Positions 1 through 11,804 of a stretch of DNA of 64,000 nucleotides are shown here, piece after piece. The translations under genes were made by a program, and so were the position numbers. The first letter of the stretch is position 1. Every line of letters begins with the position of its first letter. The stretch comes from Octopus sinensis. Lineage: Eukaryota. Under the pieces are notes generated by a model. The model saw only the letters and a program-made list of their open reading frames with translations, did not search any database and was not told the DNA's origin. Where the stretch lies: NCBI RefSeq assembly GCF_006345805.1, contig NC_043008.1:59892001-59956000 (forward strand). Direction: 5' to 3'.

Positions 1-155
1 TGTATGGTTATGAAGATTATTACTTCCTAATCAAGATCATGTAGTTTGGGTTCCACCACTTGTCATCTTGGATAAGTGTCTTTTATTACGGTCCCTATCT
101 GACCCAAACACTGCAAATAGATACAAACAGCAGAACCCCCACACCCATATACACA

Positions 156-664
156 TCTATATATATAAAACTCAACTTGCGTGTCTGTGTGTATATCTGT
201 GTGTGTGTCTGTGTGTTTAACTTCCCGGCACATCTCCTCCTAGCCAACAAATCGTAGAACCACCAAAAATGGGTCACTTAAAGTTTAGGCAAATGAAAAT
301 TGTACTGCGCTATTTCTGTTCCGAAATTCATCTCACAAGTGCAAAAATCGATAAAGTGTTTGTTTAGGCCTTATCCCATGTATTGAATAGTGAAATTTAC
401 TCAGTCAGCTGTTTGACGTGAACTGTGTTCACCACGTGTGCAAGCATGCGTAAATTGCATGAAAAATAAAAAATCAAGATATAAAAACAAATATGCCGTA
501 AACATTGTAGAAATTCAGCAAAGAAATGAATTTTCAGGATATAGCCTGGAGGGTTTTTTCGTATTAATCGTTTGGACTTCGTAAACACATACCAATTGTT
601 TTCATAACATTTTTAACGCTTTGAATTAAATGTGACCATTTTGTAAAGCCGTGCAATATGCTAG
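156..664 (+). mobile_element. Non-autonomous Helitron-like element (~509 bp)
   Basis: Begins A|TCTATATATATAAAA (A155, TC156) followed by a (TG)n-rich segment; ends ATGCTAG|T (CTAG 661-664, T665), i.e. an A|T target and no TSD. The subterminal hairpin is degenerate. Confidence 0.55.
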
Positions 665-939
665 TATTTATATAAAATAAGAAAACAAATGGATTTTAAA
701 GGGTCACAACAGCTGTTTCAGGAGCATATATTTTATTGATGAATAGATCAATTACATTGATTATATCTAGAAAGCAGTCTGCTTTCTTTGGGTGTCTTTA
801 AACTAAGGTAAGAGAAGAAAAAGATTCCAATTGACCTGTTTTGCTAGGCATTCCTTGAACGATGCCTAAATTGGCATTTTATCAAAATTTCAAATAAAAA
901 TCAATTATCAGGCAAAATCATTAGAGCATTAGACAAAAT

Positions 940-1108
940 GCAGAACAACATTTCTTCTAACTCTTTATGCTCTGTGTTCAAATTCCTTGGGGGTTAAACT
1001 TAGCATTTCATTCCTACAGGGTCAATAAAATAAGAACATGTCAGGTAATGGGGTTGATGCAATCAATCAAACCCCGCCAAATAAAATTGTTGGCCTTGAG
1101 CCGAACTT
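940..1108 (+). mobile_element. Decayed SINE family B copy
   Basis: GTGTTCAAATTCC B-box, then GCATTTCATTCCTACAGGGTCAATAAAATAAG and a GGCCTTGAGCC tail; similar to the better copies at 34377-34721 and 62170-62381. Confidence 0.5.
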
Positions 1109-1120
1109 AGAAAGAATTGA

Positions 1121-1168
<48 letters not shown>

Positions 1169-1173
1169 TATTA

Positions 1174-1593
1174 TGTTTTTTCCTTCTTTCTTCAAATTTT
1201 CTTCCGTTTCTCGCCGAGTGTTTTCCATACACCTAGGGCAGAGAAGCTCATTGTATGCATTCCCAGATTACACATGCAAATTCACAGATAAAATATGTAT
1301 CTAAAATTAATAAATAAATTCATGAATGGATGTTATTTTCACAGCGATAATGCTCTTCTCAGTACATGAGCCGTTCCAGATAATACGATTTTTTGCACTT
1401 CCTGTGGGGATGGTAAGCCTGGAATCATTTTCAAATAGCTTTCAGTACCTTTTTTTTATCATTCCTAGAGATCTTACAATCACTGGTACTGTAGTCACCT
1501 TGAGATGCCAAATTTTTTCAATTTCTACTAGCAGGTCTTTATATTTACTAATCTTGTCAAATTCTTTCACCGCTATATTGTGGTCACAAGGGT
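1174..1593 (-). mobile_element. R4/Dong-clade non-LTR retrotransposon 3' fragment (restriction-like endonuclease C-terminus + 3'UTR)
   Basis: Minus strand reads PCDHNIAVKEFDKISKYKDLLVEIEKIWHLKVTTVPVIVRSLGMIKK. After removing one A from the A-run at ~1450 it continues GTESYLKMIPGLPSPQEVQKIVLSGTAHVLRRALSL* (stop 1341-1339). This is the typical RLE K..KY motif and C-terminus. Flanked on both sides by (TAA)n. Confidence 0.85.
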
Positions 1594-1600
1594 TATTATG

Positions 1601-1673
<73 letters not shown>

Positions 1674-1744
1674 GATGCGCACACGTCTATGTGGTTAAGA
1701 AATTTACTTTCCAGTCACATGGATGTAGATTCAGTCCCACTCAG

Positions 1745-1777
<33 letters not shown>

Positions 1778-1989
1778 CTGTGTGTGTGTATAAAGGAACG
1801 TGGCCTAGCGTCTAGGGTGTGCTGCATTCATAATTGCAAGATCGTGGTCTCAATTCCTAGACTGGGCAGTGTATCACATATATTTGATCACTAGAAACAA
1901 ATGATTTGTGCAGGTTGTTCAGGTAAAAATTGTATCGGAATATATGTATGTGTGTGTGTATATATATCACAGTGAAGCCAGTAATTTTT

Positions 1990-2355
1990 GCTGAGTGTGC
2001 AATGTCAGTGTGCATTTTTGACTGTGTAAGCAACTTCAGACGAAAGTTGGGACAGCTGTGTGAAGATGTGCTGATCTCTAACTGTGGGGGAAACCTATGG
2101 TAGAGGTAGACCCAGGAAGATATGTGATGAGGTGGTGAAGCATGACCTTTGAACTTTGGGTCACAAAGAGGCAATGGCTAGTGACCAAGACCTTTAGTGA
2201 TGTGCTGTGCTTGAGAAGACCTATCAAGCCAAGTGAAATCATAGTTGTGGCTGATACTGGTGTCACATAACTGGCACCCATGCTGGTGGTACATAAAAAG
2301 CACCTTTCGAGTGTTGGACCTCACGGAGGCAAAGTCACTGATGCTGGTGGCACAC
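1990..2355 (+). mobile_element. RTE-clade LINE 3' remnant (ORF2 C-terminus + start of 3'UTR)
   Basis: Frame from 2057 reads CVKMC*SLTVGETYGRGRPRKICDEVVKHDL*TLGHKEAMASDQDL**CAVLEKTYQAK*, the GRGRPRKTW..V..DL RTE signature. The 3'UTR contains GGTGGTACATAAAAAGCACC, shared with family C. Confidence 0.8.
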
Positions 2356-2427
2356 ACATGCATATATATATATATATATAGACAGATAGATATTTATATA
2401 GATATATATACATACACACACATATCT

Positions 2428-2816
2428 CTCTTTAGTCTTTTACTTGTTTCAGTCATTTGACTGCGGCCATGCTGGAACACTGCCTTTAATCGAGCAACTC
2501 GACCCCGGGACTTATTCTTTTGTAAGCCCAGTACTTATTCTATCGGTCTCTTTTGCCGAACCGCTAAGTTACGGGGACATAAACACACCAGCATCGGTTG
2601 TCAAGCAATGCTAGGGGGACAAACACACACATGCACATATATATATATACATATATACGACGGGCTTCTTTCAGTTTCCGTCTACCAAATCCACTCACAA
2701 GGCTTTGGTCGGCCCGAGGCTATAGTAGAAGACACTTGCCCAAGGTACCACGCAATGGGACTGAACCCGGAACCATGTGGTTGGTAAACAAGCTACTTAC
2801 CACACAGCCACTCCTG
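2428..2816 (-). mobile_element. SINE family A, full length (tRNA-derived head, internal (TA/TG)n, CR1-like tail)
   Basis: Minus strand GGAGTGGCTGTGTGGTAAG (A box)...GGTTCAGTCCC (B box)...CCAGCATGGCCGCAGTCAAATGACTGAAACAAGTAAAAGA tail; more than 15 copies in the window. Confidence 0.9.
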
Positions 2817-2828
2817 TATATGTATATG

Positions 2829-3745
2829 ATTGATTGATTGATTGATTCTAGTTTCAGCTTATGTGCTGTGGCCATGCTGGGGCACCGCCATTTGGTGTTG
2901 CTACTTGGTTTCACTTCATGGAGGCTTTCTAGCAACTGCTATTTGGTGCATGAGAGAGTTCGATGCAGCTGCCCTCATCTGCCCCTCCTGCCTTGAAGTT
3001 GGTTCATCTGGGACACCTGACAGGAAGAGATCCAGCTTCATTTTAAAGACATCTGTATCCACCCCATGCAGGTCTCTCAGGTTCTTCAGGAGGATATTGA
3101 AGAGCTGTGGGCCTCGGAAGCCCAGGCTATCACAGAATCTTGTCCTACATCTTGATGGCAGGTTTGGAGTCCTAGGCACCACGCAGTGGCGCCCAGTTCT
3201 GGCATTTGCGTAACTCTCAATGCCAAAGTTCAGGACACTTCCCTCCAGGATCTTCCAGATGTATATTATGGCATATCTTTCCCGCCTACGCTCCAGGGAA
3301 TATAGTTTTAATCTCTTGAGTCTTTCCCAGTAGCTTACATTCTGCATAGAGGCTATCTTCTTTGTGTAGCTTCGTTGGATCGCCTCAAGTTCTGTGATCA
3401 ACTTGACACTGGATGGTGACCATAGCTGAGAGCAATAATCAAAGTGGCTTAGGACAAGTGTCTTCCAGAGGACCATCATGGTTTCTTGTTCTCTTGTTCT
3501 AAAGGTTCTAAGAATCCATCCAGCCAGCCGTCTACATTTCATTGTCAGTTTAGCAACATGTACATGAAAGGTCACGTCATCACTCATGTGAATACCCAGG
3601 TCACGCACTGATTGTGCCTCTGGGATTGCAATCCCTCCGGTTCCAGTGTATTCATTGGGTATTGCATTCAGTTTTGCATGCTGATAGTATAAAGCTTGAA
3701 ACTTTCCAGCATTGAACTGCATGCTATTCTTTTCAGCCCACTTGT
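2829..3745 (-). mobile_element. 5'-truncated CR1/L2-group LINE with (AATC)n tail
   Basis: Open RT C-terminal frame, then a 3'UTR ending GGCGGTGCCCCAGCATGGCCACAGCACATAAGCTGAAACTAG(AATC)n. The 5' end is lost in a (TA)n/(TACA)n tract. Confidence 0.92.
2916..3743 (-). pseudogene. LINE ORF2 reverse transcriptase C-terminal/thumb region, frame still open (~275 codons)
   Basis: KWAEKNSMQFNAGKF...VRDLGIHMSDD...WILRTF...LVLSHFDYCSQLWSP...EAIQRSYTKKI...SYWERLKRLKLYSLERRRERY...FRGPQLFN are CR1-group RT C-terminal motifs. The ORF-track Met at 3893 comes from a microsatellite. Confidence 0.9.
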
Positions 3746-4919
3746 ATATATACATATACATATACATATATATACATATACATATACATATACATACATA
3801 TATATAATATATATTATATACATTTACATAGTGAGATAGACAGATAAATAGATATTGATATATTGATATATATATATATATATATACACACACAAGACAA
3901 ACTCTGACAGAAATCCATCACCTCACATTCTATACCTATATCCTATCCATCTAACAGACAAAGAATCTCAAAATTTGATATAGAATACAGAGCACAAATA
4001 AACTGTATTGTGTGGAAACATAGTTTATATATTGAGGTACCTTAATATGTTTAAATGACTCTGCTAGCAGTGCCATCTGACATTTAAAACGAATGAACAT
4101 TCGAAATGACATCATGTGAAATAAAATAGAATATATATATATATAATGTTAATAATTCTTATTTCTTGAACATTCTAATTGGCCGATTATCTTCTCTGAT
4201 TGATGATATGTTAAAGGAGTAGAGAAACATAATACAATTTGTGGAAAAATAAGAAAAAATACCAAAGAAAGAAATAACTCTATTGAAACAAAACCAAGCT
4301 GAGTACACTGACTAAATACACACACACATATAAATGTATATACGTATATATATATATAATATATATATATATATATGTTGTAGTGCACCTGAGCACTGCA
4401 CACAATGTTTTTTTTATTATTTTATTATTATATATATGTGTGTGTGTGTGTCTTCATATATTCCAAGAAATTTCTAAGAATTATAAAAATAGTACTTCTC
4501 TTAATATCATTATACATCTTAGATTTTATTGCTTTTGTTGTATTCTCTAGTTCTTTAAATATATTTGTGAGTATACTTACACAGTTATACATACATAATC
4601 AGATATATACACATACATACATACACACACACACACATATATATATCTACATCTCTCTCTCTATATGTGTATATATATATATATATATATACATTTATAT
4701 ATATATGTATGTATATATTGATTTTCCTGTTGTCGGTTGTTGACATACTGGATTAATAATTACACACATATATATGCAAATGTATGTATATTTTTGTGTT
4801 AGTATGTGTGAGTATATATCTATGTGAGTGTGTGTGTATGTATGAGAGGACATACATCTGTATGTGTGAGTATGTGTTTGTATAAGTATACATTTATATA
4901 TGTGTATGCACGCATACAC

Positions 4920-4966
<47 letters not shown>

Positions 4967-4997
4967 GTGTGTATGTATATATATATATATGTGTGTG

Positions 4998-5035
<38 letters not shown>

Positions 5036-5446
5036 ATATATATATATATACATATATATGTTTTGCATAACCCTTTTCTTGTCTCTTGACCTGTTTGCAA
5101 TATAATTCAGTCATTTTGAAGAATTAAAACAGTAAAATGAGATGGAAATAATTTATTGTTGGAATTATGAATAAAAAGAAGCAAATACAAAAATATAACA
5201 GGATGCTAAGAATTCGATAATTTAGAACTAGAAGTTTCCCAACAATTCTATGTAAATTGCCTTGAAATTTCAGGAGAAATACTCAAAAGAAACTACACAA
5301 CATTTATGTATGTCAATGTACGTACGTAGATACATACAGGCAAATATGTATATGTGTACGTATATATGGGTATCTCTGTATGTATATATATATGTTTGTG
5401 TGTGTATTTACATATATACATACATGCACAGACGTATCATCATCAT

Positions 5447-5521
<75 letters not shown>

Positions 5522-5769
5522 TTTTTATTGACATATGCATATATATGTATTTACATGAGTACATACGCACACAGGTATGTGTATGTATTTTGACATATGT
5601 ATATATGCTTGTGTAGATAGATGTGTTTATGTTTGCATATAATTATTTTATATGTGTATATATATATTTTATATAAACACATTTGCATACATAACTATAT
5701 ATGTATGCAATATAATATAAAACCTCACAATTGCATAACAATGATGATGGTAGCATAAACTACATGTGG

Positions 5770-5816
<47 letters not shown>

Positions 5817-5974
5817 ATGTATGTATACATAAAAATCTATAGACAGATATATTTGTATAATATGATGCATGTATATATATTCATATATATGCATATATAC
5901 ATATATACATGCATATGCACACTCGTAAGGGCACACAAACACACATATATACATGTATATTCCAATTATTAGAA

Positions 5975-6095
5975 CTCATGGAAGAGCACCATGAATGACC
6001 TGGGAAGATGTGGAAGCTAACTTGATGATATTGCATCACATGGTGTATATGATCAAGGTTCTTACACATTGGTAATGCAGAGTGCTGTAAGAGAT
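5975..6095 (+). mobile_element. Strongly decayed RTE ORF2 C-terminal remnant
   Basis: GGAAGAGCACCATGAATGACCTGGGAAGATGTG reads GRAP*MTWEDVEANL, resembling the GRGRPRKTW..VV..DL motif seen at 2098-2150. Confidence 0.45.
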
Positions 6096-6334
6096 TAATC
6101 CATGCCGGCCCTTCCTTCCAGTAATGTGCACTTAAAAACTCAAAGGTAGCATTTAGAGGCCTATATCAGATCCTTCATCCCCACTTCTATTTACTTCTAG
6201 TTTCTTGCCTGTCCCCTTATCACTCATTGTTCTCCATTTATCACCTCTTCCCATCACCTGTCGGAATGTTGTGTTGACAACATTTGATTCTGTTTACTTG
6301 TTCTTCAGCAGGTCCTTATATAAGAGACTGTTAA

Positions 6335-6544
6335 CTCTTTAGTGTTCAAACTGGTCATATATCAGGCCCAAATATTCAACTAGTTTTTGTTATGTTCAAA
6401 GTGGCCAGATCTGGACTCTCACACCTACGCTATGTCATTCTAAAAATATACAATCACATCATCAAAATTTTAAATCTATGAGATAATCCAGGATTATGTA
6501 TAAATAAGCATTATATTTGACAGAGTAATCTGAATGCTAAAGGG
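6335..6544. mobile_element. piggyBac-type MITE (family P1)
   Basis: TTAA at 6331-6334 and 6545-6548; termini CTCTTTAGTGTT / AATGCTAAAGGG; homologous to 55700-55918. Confidence 0.75.
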
Positions 6545-6585
6545 TTAAGCTACCATTTTCCTCTCATTCAACACATACACACACA

Positions 6586-6625
<40 letters not shown>

Positions 6626-6640
6626 TATATATACACACAA

Positions 6641-6801
6641 CAGGCTTCTTTCAGTTTCCGTCTACTAAATCCATTCACAAGGCCTTGGTTGACCTGAGGC
6701 CATTAGAGAAGACACTTGCCTAAGGTGCCATGCAGTGAGACTGAACCTAGAACCATGTGGTTGGGAAGCAACCTTCTTATCACACAGCCATGCCTGCACC
6801 T
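6641..6801 (-). mobile_element. SINE family A, head half
   Basis: CAGGCTTCTTTCAGTTTCCG...CACACAGCCATGCCTGCACCT. Confidence 0.8.
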
Positions 6802-7622
6802 TATATATTTGTAAGTTTATATGTCTCTCTGACTGTATATGTGTATGTATGTATGTATGTATGTATGTATGTATTATGTATGTATGTATGTATGTATGTA
6901 TATGTACAGAACAAATACATGCGAATATCGGGAATGAGTTATATGAACATCTTAAAAATTGTGTGACTGTTCTATGTACAGTTATATAAATAGATATGTG
7001 TACAATTTTTATTTAAATATGTACCACTTATATATATAATTTAACATATGCATTAGGATGAAAACATTCACACACGTGTGTGTGTGTGTGTGTGTTTGTG
7101 TGTTTGTGTAATTCCCATTCCTTTACCATTTACTTGATATATATACACACACATATATATATATGTATGTATTTATATATATTTATTAATAAGTATGTAT
7201 ATATATACATATATGTATGTGTGTGCATAATTTCCATTCCTTTACCTTTTACTTGATATATATATATATTTATTAATAAGTATTTATATATACATAGACA
7301 CATACGTGTGTGTGTGTGTGTGTAGAACATTCTATATGTATATGCAATATATTCTTGGAATTAAATAAACACTTATTTGCAGATATGTTAATGTGTGTTT
7401 AAATGCAGATAGGCATTCGCACACCTATGAATGCCAGTATCTGTGTCAACTACAGGTAGATAAAATTAGAAATGAACTGTGTTGAATATAGCTTGGGAAG
7501 AGGTAAGTTATAAACAACTGGTTAACATACAAATGTATAATGACAAAATTACATACAGACATAACAATACACAGTGATAGAAGTACTGACAAAAGTATGT
7601 GCAAACATAAAATGAATGCACA

Positions 7623-7658
<36 letters not shown>

Positions 7659-8207
7659 GGTGCGCACATTAATATTTGTAATTATTTTGATAACTAGAGT
7701 CAAATGTACTAATGTGCAGACAAATTATAAAGATAAAGAGCTACTGATATGCAGAAACACATACAAACACATAATCCTCCTCTTCTTCTTTCTCCTCCTC
7801 CTCCTCATCATCATGATCATCATCATGATCATCATCATTGTTTTAAGTGTATTTTTCCACGCTTGCATGGGAGTGGTATATGGAGGCAAAGTTTATTGAT
7901 GCCTTTCTTTGTTTCCTAAGGAAATTATCCAATAATCTACCAGTCTCTCTCTGTGCCAGTCCTTCTGCCTGCCTGTCTGTCTGTCTGTTTCTCTCTCTCT
8001 CTCTCTTGCTCTCTCACTCTCTCTTGGGCAACCAGATCGAACCCTCTCAAGTGTAACTGCCCGAAATGGTTGTGACTTCTGGGACTTGACTGATGAAAGA
8101 AAGCCAAGAAGGAACTGTCTTTTTTTGCCTGTCCTTTGTATCATCTATCTGTTCGAACATTTTAATGCCCTCTATTGGGTTTTTTTTCCATTTATATATA
8201 TATATAT

Positions 8208-8345
8208 ACAGTTAATCCAAACATGAAAAACACAACAACGCGAGGACATGGAACAAGTATAGTGTTGTTGGAAGCTCAGGAAAGGAAAGAAAGAAAGAGG
8301 ATTTAACATTTCGAGCGGAGCTCTTCGTTAGAAACATAGGTAAAG
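8208..8345 (-). mobile_element. Penelope-like terminal fragment with decayed hammerhead motif
   Basis: Minus strand 8335-8301 reads GTTT CTAACGA A GAGC TCC GCTC GAAAT GTT AAAT, i.e. stem I / CUGANGA / stem II / GAAAC / GUH with two core substitutions; starts beside a (TA)n tract. Confidence 0.5.
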
Positions 8346-8930
8346 GATACACACACATGTACACACACGCACACAAAAACACACACATCCTGACATTCTG
8401 TAGAACACATCACGATCCACACTCAGAATGACATACTCTATATTCTAAGTGTCACCACTAAATGAAGCAGCATCCACAGAGAAGAAAACGATGTAGGGAT
8501 ACGATGATGAGAAATGTTATGATGACATTAGATGTGAGAATCCAGAAGATGAATAATTAGCTGTAATTGCTAAAGAGAAGGTATAGTAACGCCTTCTCTT
8601 TTACAAGTGAGAGAGGGAAGAAGAAAAAATTCATATAAGGTAGCATGATTGTCTTTTAGAGTGAACCACACTGTAATATGTATATTATTAGGATTGATAT
8701 AAATGGTAAGAGAGGTTATTTAGGCAACAGAATAGAATGACTGCATAGAATCGTTTTTGATTAAATACTGGAGATTTGTTATTTAGGAAATGTTTTGTGA
8801 GTTAGCTTTCTGACAGTGCAAAATATATTTATTTTGTTGATTTTCAGGAGGGTCTTTATGCCAATAAGAAACACACGTACTGATTCTATTTAACTTCTTT
8901 ATTTCTACCTATCAATTGGTTTACTATTCT

Positions 8931-9300
8931 TTTACTCTTTTACTTGTTGCAGTCATTTGACTACGGCCATGCTGGAGCACCACTTTTAGTTGAGCAAATC
9001 GACCCCAGGACTTATTCTTTGTAAGCCTAGTGCTTATTCTATTGGTCTCTTTTGCCGAACCACTAAGTTATGGTGACGTAAACACACCACCATCGGTTGT
9101 CAAGTGACGTTGGGGAGACAAACACCGACACAAACACACACGCATATACATATACATATATATGACAGGCTTCTTTCAGTTTCTGTCTACCATATCCACT
9201 CACAAGGCTTTGGTTGGCTCAAGGTGCAATGCAGTGGGACAGAACCCGGAATCATGTGGTTGGTGAGCAAGCTACTTACCACACAGCCACTCCTGCACCT
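8931..9300 (-). mobile_element. SINE family A, near full length
   Basis: Tail TTTACTCTTTTACTTG to head CACACAGCCACTCCTGCACCT. Confidence 0.9.
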
Positions 9301-9400
9301 ATCATGTAAACAATTAGCTAATTGATTGTTTGATTAATTGCTTGGTCAATCAATTAATCAGATAGATTTGCCAAAATCTTTTTGTCAGTATTCTGGAAAT

Positions 9401-9560
9401 AGGTACAGGCATGGGTGTGTGGTAAGAAGTTTGCTTCCTAACCACGTGACTCTGGGTTCAGTCCCACTTTGTGGTAATTTGAGCAAGTGCATTTTATCAT
9501 AGCCCAGGGCCAACCAAAGCCTTGTGAATGGATTTGGTATATGGGAACTAAAAGAACCCC
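9401..9560 (+). mobile_element. SINE family A, head half
   Basis: AGGTACAGGCATGGGTGTGTGGTAAG...GGTTCAGTCCC...GGAACTAAAAGAACCCC. Confidence 0.8.
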
Positions 9561-9587
9561 ATTGTATATGTATTCATATATATATAC

Positions 9588-9625
<38 letters not shown>

Positions 9626-9630
<5 letters not shown>

Positions 9631-9924
9631 ATCGTGGCCGTTTGCCAGCCTCATCTGGCACCTGTGTCGGTGGCACATAAAAACACCATCCGAGCGTGCT
9701 CGTCTGGCACCTGTGTCGGTGGCACATAAAAACACCATCCGAGCGTGGCCGTCTGCCAGCCTCGTCTGGCACCTGTGTCGGTGGCACATAAAAAACACCA
9801 TCCGAGCGTGGCCGTCTGCCAGCCTCGTCTGGCACCTGTGTCGGTGGCACATAAAAAACACCATCCGAGCGTGGCCGTTTGCCAGCCTCGTCTGGCACCT
9901 GTGTCGGTGGCACATAAAATCACC
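9626..9924 (+). repeat. Tandem array of five ~62-bp units
   Basis: Unit ATCCGAGCGTGGCCGTYTGCCAGCCTCGTCTGGCACCTGTGTCGGTGGCACATAAAAACACC at 9626, 9688 (13-bp deletion), 9737, 9800 and 9863; no spacers. Confidence 0.95.
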
Positions 9925-10086
9925 CACTACACTCTCGGAGTGGTTGGCGTTAGGAAGGGCATCCAGCTGTAGAAACACTGCCAGATCTGACTGGACTGGT
10001 GCAGCTTTCGGGCTCCCCAGACCCCAGTTGAACCGTCCAACCCATGCTAGCATGCAAAGCGGACGTTAAATGATGATGATGATGAT
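9626..10086 (+). mobile_element. Family C: RTE-3'UTR-type element with (TGA)n tail
   Basis: GTTGGCGTTAGGAAGGGCATCCAGCTGTAGAAAC body and CCGTCCAACCCATGCTAGCATG...GGACGTTAAA(TGA)n 3' end, preceded by a tandem array. Confidence 0.8.
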
Positions 10087-10414
10087 ATATATGCATATAA
10101 CATACTCTGCTTTATTTTGAGATTGCCAATATTAACACTACTTGCAAATAAAATACAGACTGGAGTTGTAGTATTCCAAGTGAGCTATATTCCGCTTAAT
10201 AATCTGAATGGAGGCAATGCAAGTGGAAACTAGTTTCCTTAGTGGTTCAGTAAAAATGATAGTAATAAAATAGGTACCAGGTTTAAAAAATAAGTACAAG
10301 GGCCACACCTTGTATGACGAAAACAAACAAAAGATAAAAAATACAATGAAGTATGAAATCTTTCAAACCAAATACAAAAATGAAATATTTTCAGTTTGTA
10401 TATAATGGAATTTA

Positions 10415-10740
10415 GTGGAGATGCAATGGCCCCGTGGTTAAAGCAGCAGACTCGCAGCTGGAGGATCATAGTTTCGATTCCCAGACCGGGTGATGTGTGT
10501 GCTTATTGAGTGAAAATACCTAAAAGCTCAACGAGGCTCTGACAGTGGGTGTTGGCGACCCCTGTCGTACTCTTTCACGCCAACTTTTTCTCACTCTCTC
10601 TTCCTGTTTCTTGAGTAACGCTGCGATGGACTGGTGTCCCATTCAGCTGTGGGGAACACATATGCCACAGAAACTGGGAAACCAGGCCCATGAACCTGGC
10701 TAGGCTTGAAAAGGGCACATAAAAATAAAAAAATAAGTAT
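10415..10740 (+). mobile_element. SINE family E (tRNA head, V-domain-like GCGATGGACTGG core)
   Basis: TGGCCCCGTGG A box, GTTTCGATTCCC B box, GCTGCGATGGACTGGTGTCCCATTCAG, A-rich tail; inverse copy at 40445-40745. Confidence 0.75.
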
Positions 10741-11178
10741 AATGGAATTATATGCAAACTTCTTTATGAACATTTCTGTGTATTAGTGTAAAAATTTACA
10801 AATATGGTATAAAATATATCTATAAGAAATAAAGAAAAGGATGATGATAATTAAGGAATTAAAAAGTTTGACTTAATTTACAAGAAAGAAGATAGATATT
10901 GCCAGGAGCCGTAACAGGGAAGGAAATAGACATTTGCATAATGTGAGGAATTATTTAAGTGGTTCAGTATGGTCAGAGGGAAGAATATATTGGAGAAAAT
11001 TATGAAGTAAGATTCTGTTAAGAATAGTCTTATCTATTAGGATATATTGTTGGTTTAAAAATGTCGAAAAGTTTTATATGTTTTATGTCATGACATTTTA
11101 CACTTACTATATATCATAATAGATAACGCCATACTTAAGGGAAAAACCGTATGTATGTCAGGGAAATATATACATATT

Positions 11179-11221
<43 letters not shown>

Positions 11222-11362
11222 ATAGATATATACACATACATACACGCACACACACACATATATTTGTATATGTATATATATATATATATATGCATATATA
11301 TATATACATATATATACACACACATATATATTACATATACATATACATATATATATACATAT

Positions 11363-11412
<50 letters not shown>

Positions 11413-11514
11413 ATATGTATATATATATACATAATTGACCAATGATAAAATAGATTAACTAGGGAAGATTTATTAACTGCAAACTACAAAACACACACAC
11501 ACGCGTGCACGTGA

Positions 11515-11559
<45 letters not shown>

Positions 11560-11739
11560 TAATGTAGCACAGGGAAAAATAAACAATGAATGTAATCAAA
11601 TGTTAAATGTTAAGGAATTTTCAATCTTCTGATGACGATTTTATCACTTAAGTCATCATTCTTGAGATTACTTGCTGCCAACAATAGAACGCATCAACAA
11701 CACATCACTATCATCCCTTCCTTGATAAGACGAAGGTCT

Positions 11740-11804
11740 TCAAATGTTATTAAACTTATAAAACTTGGAATAGACTGCTATAGCTTCAATGCTATCATAA
11801 AAGA
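11740..11804 (-). CDS. Candidate terminal coding exon of an unidentified minus-strand gene
   Basis: Acceptor TTTATTCATTTTTTTTTACCAATAG|, then (phase 1) xFYDSIEAIAVYSKFYKFNNI*; no homology recognised. Confidence 0.25.

Noticed and set aside
700-745. Hammerhead on the minus strand (GAAACAGCTGTT)
   Set aside because: Only the GAAAC-AGCT-GT half is present; there is no CUGANGA at a suitable distance.
2842-3213. 123-aa plus-strand ORF
   Set aside because: Antisense shadow of the LINE RT frame.
9626-9924. CRISPR-like array
   Set aside because: The units are contiguous with no unique spacers, no cas genes are present, and the array is part of a eukaryotic retroelement 3'UTR.
9524-10069. 181-aa repetitive ORF and its antisense ORFs
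   Set aside because: Arise from the 62-bp tandem array and a (TA)n tract.
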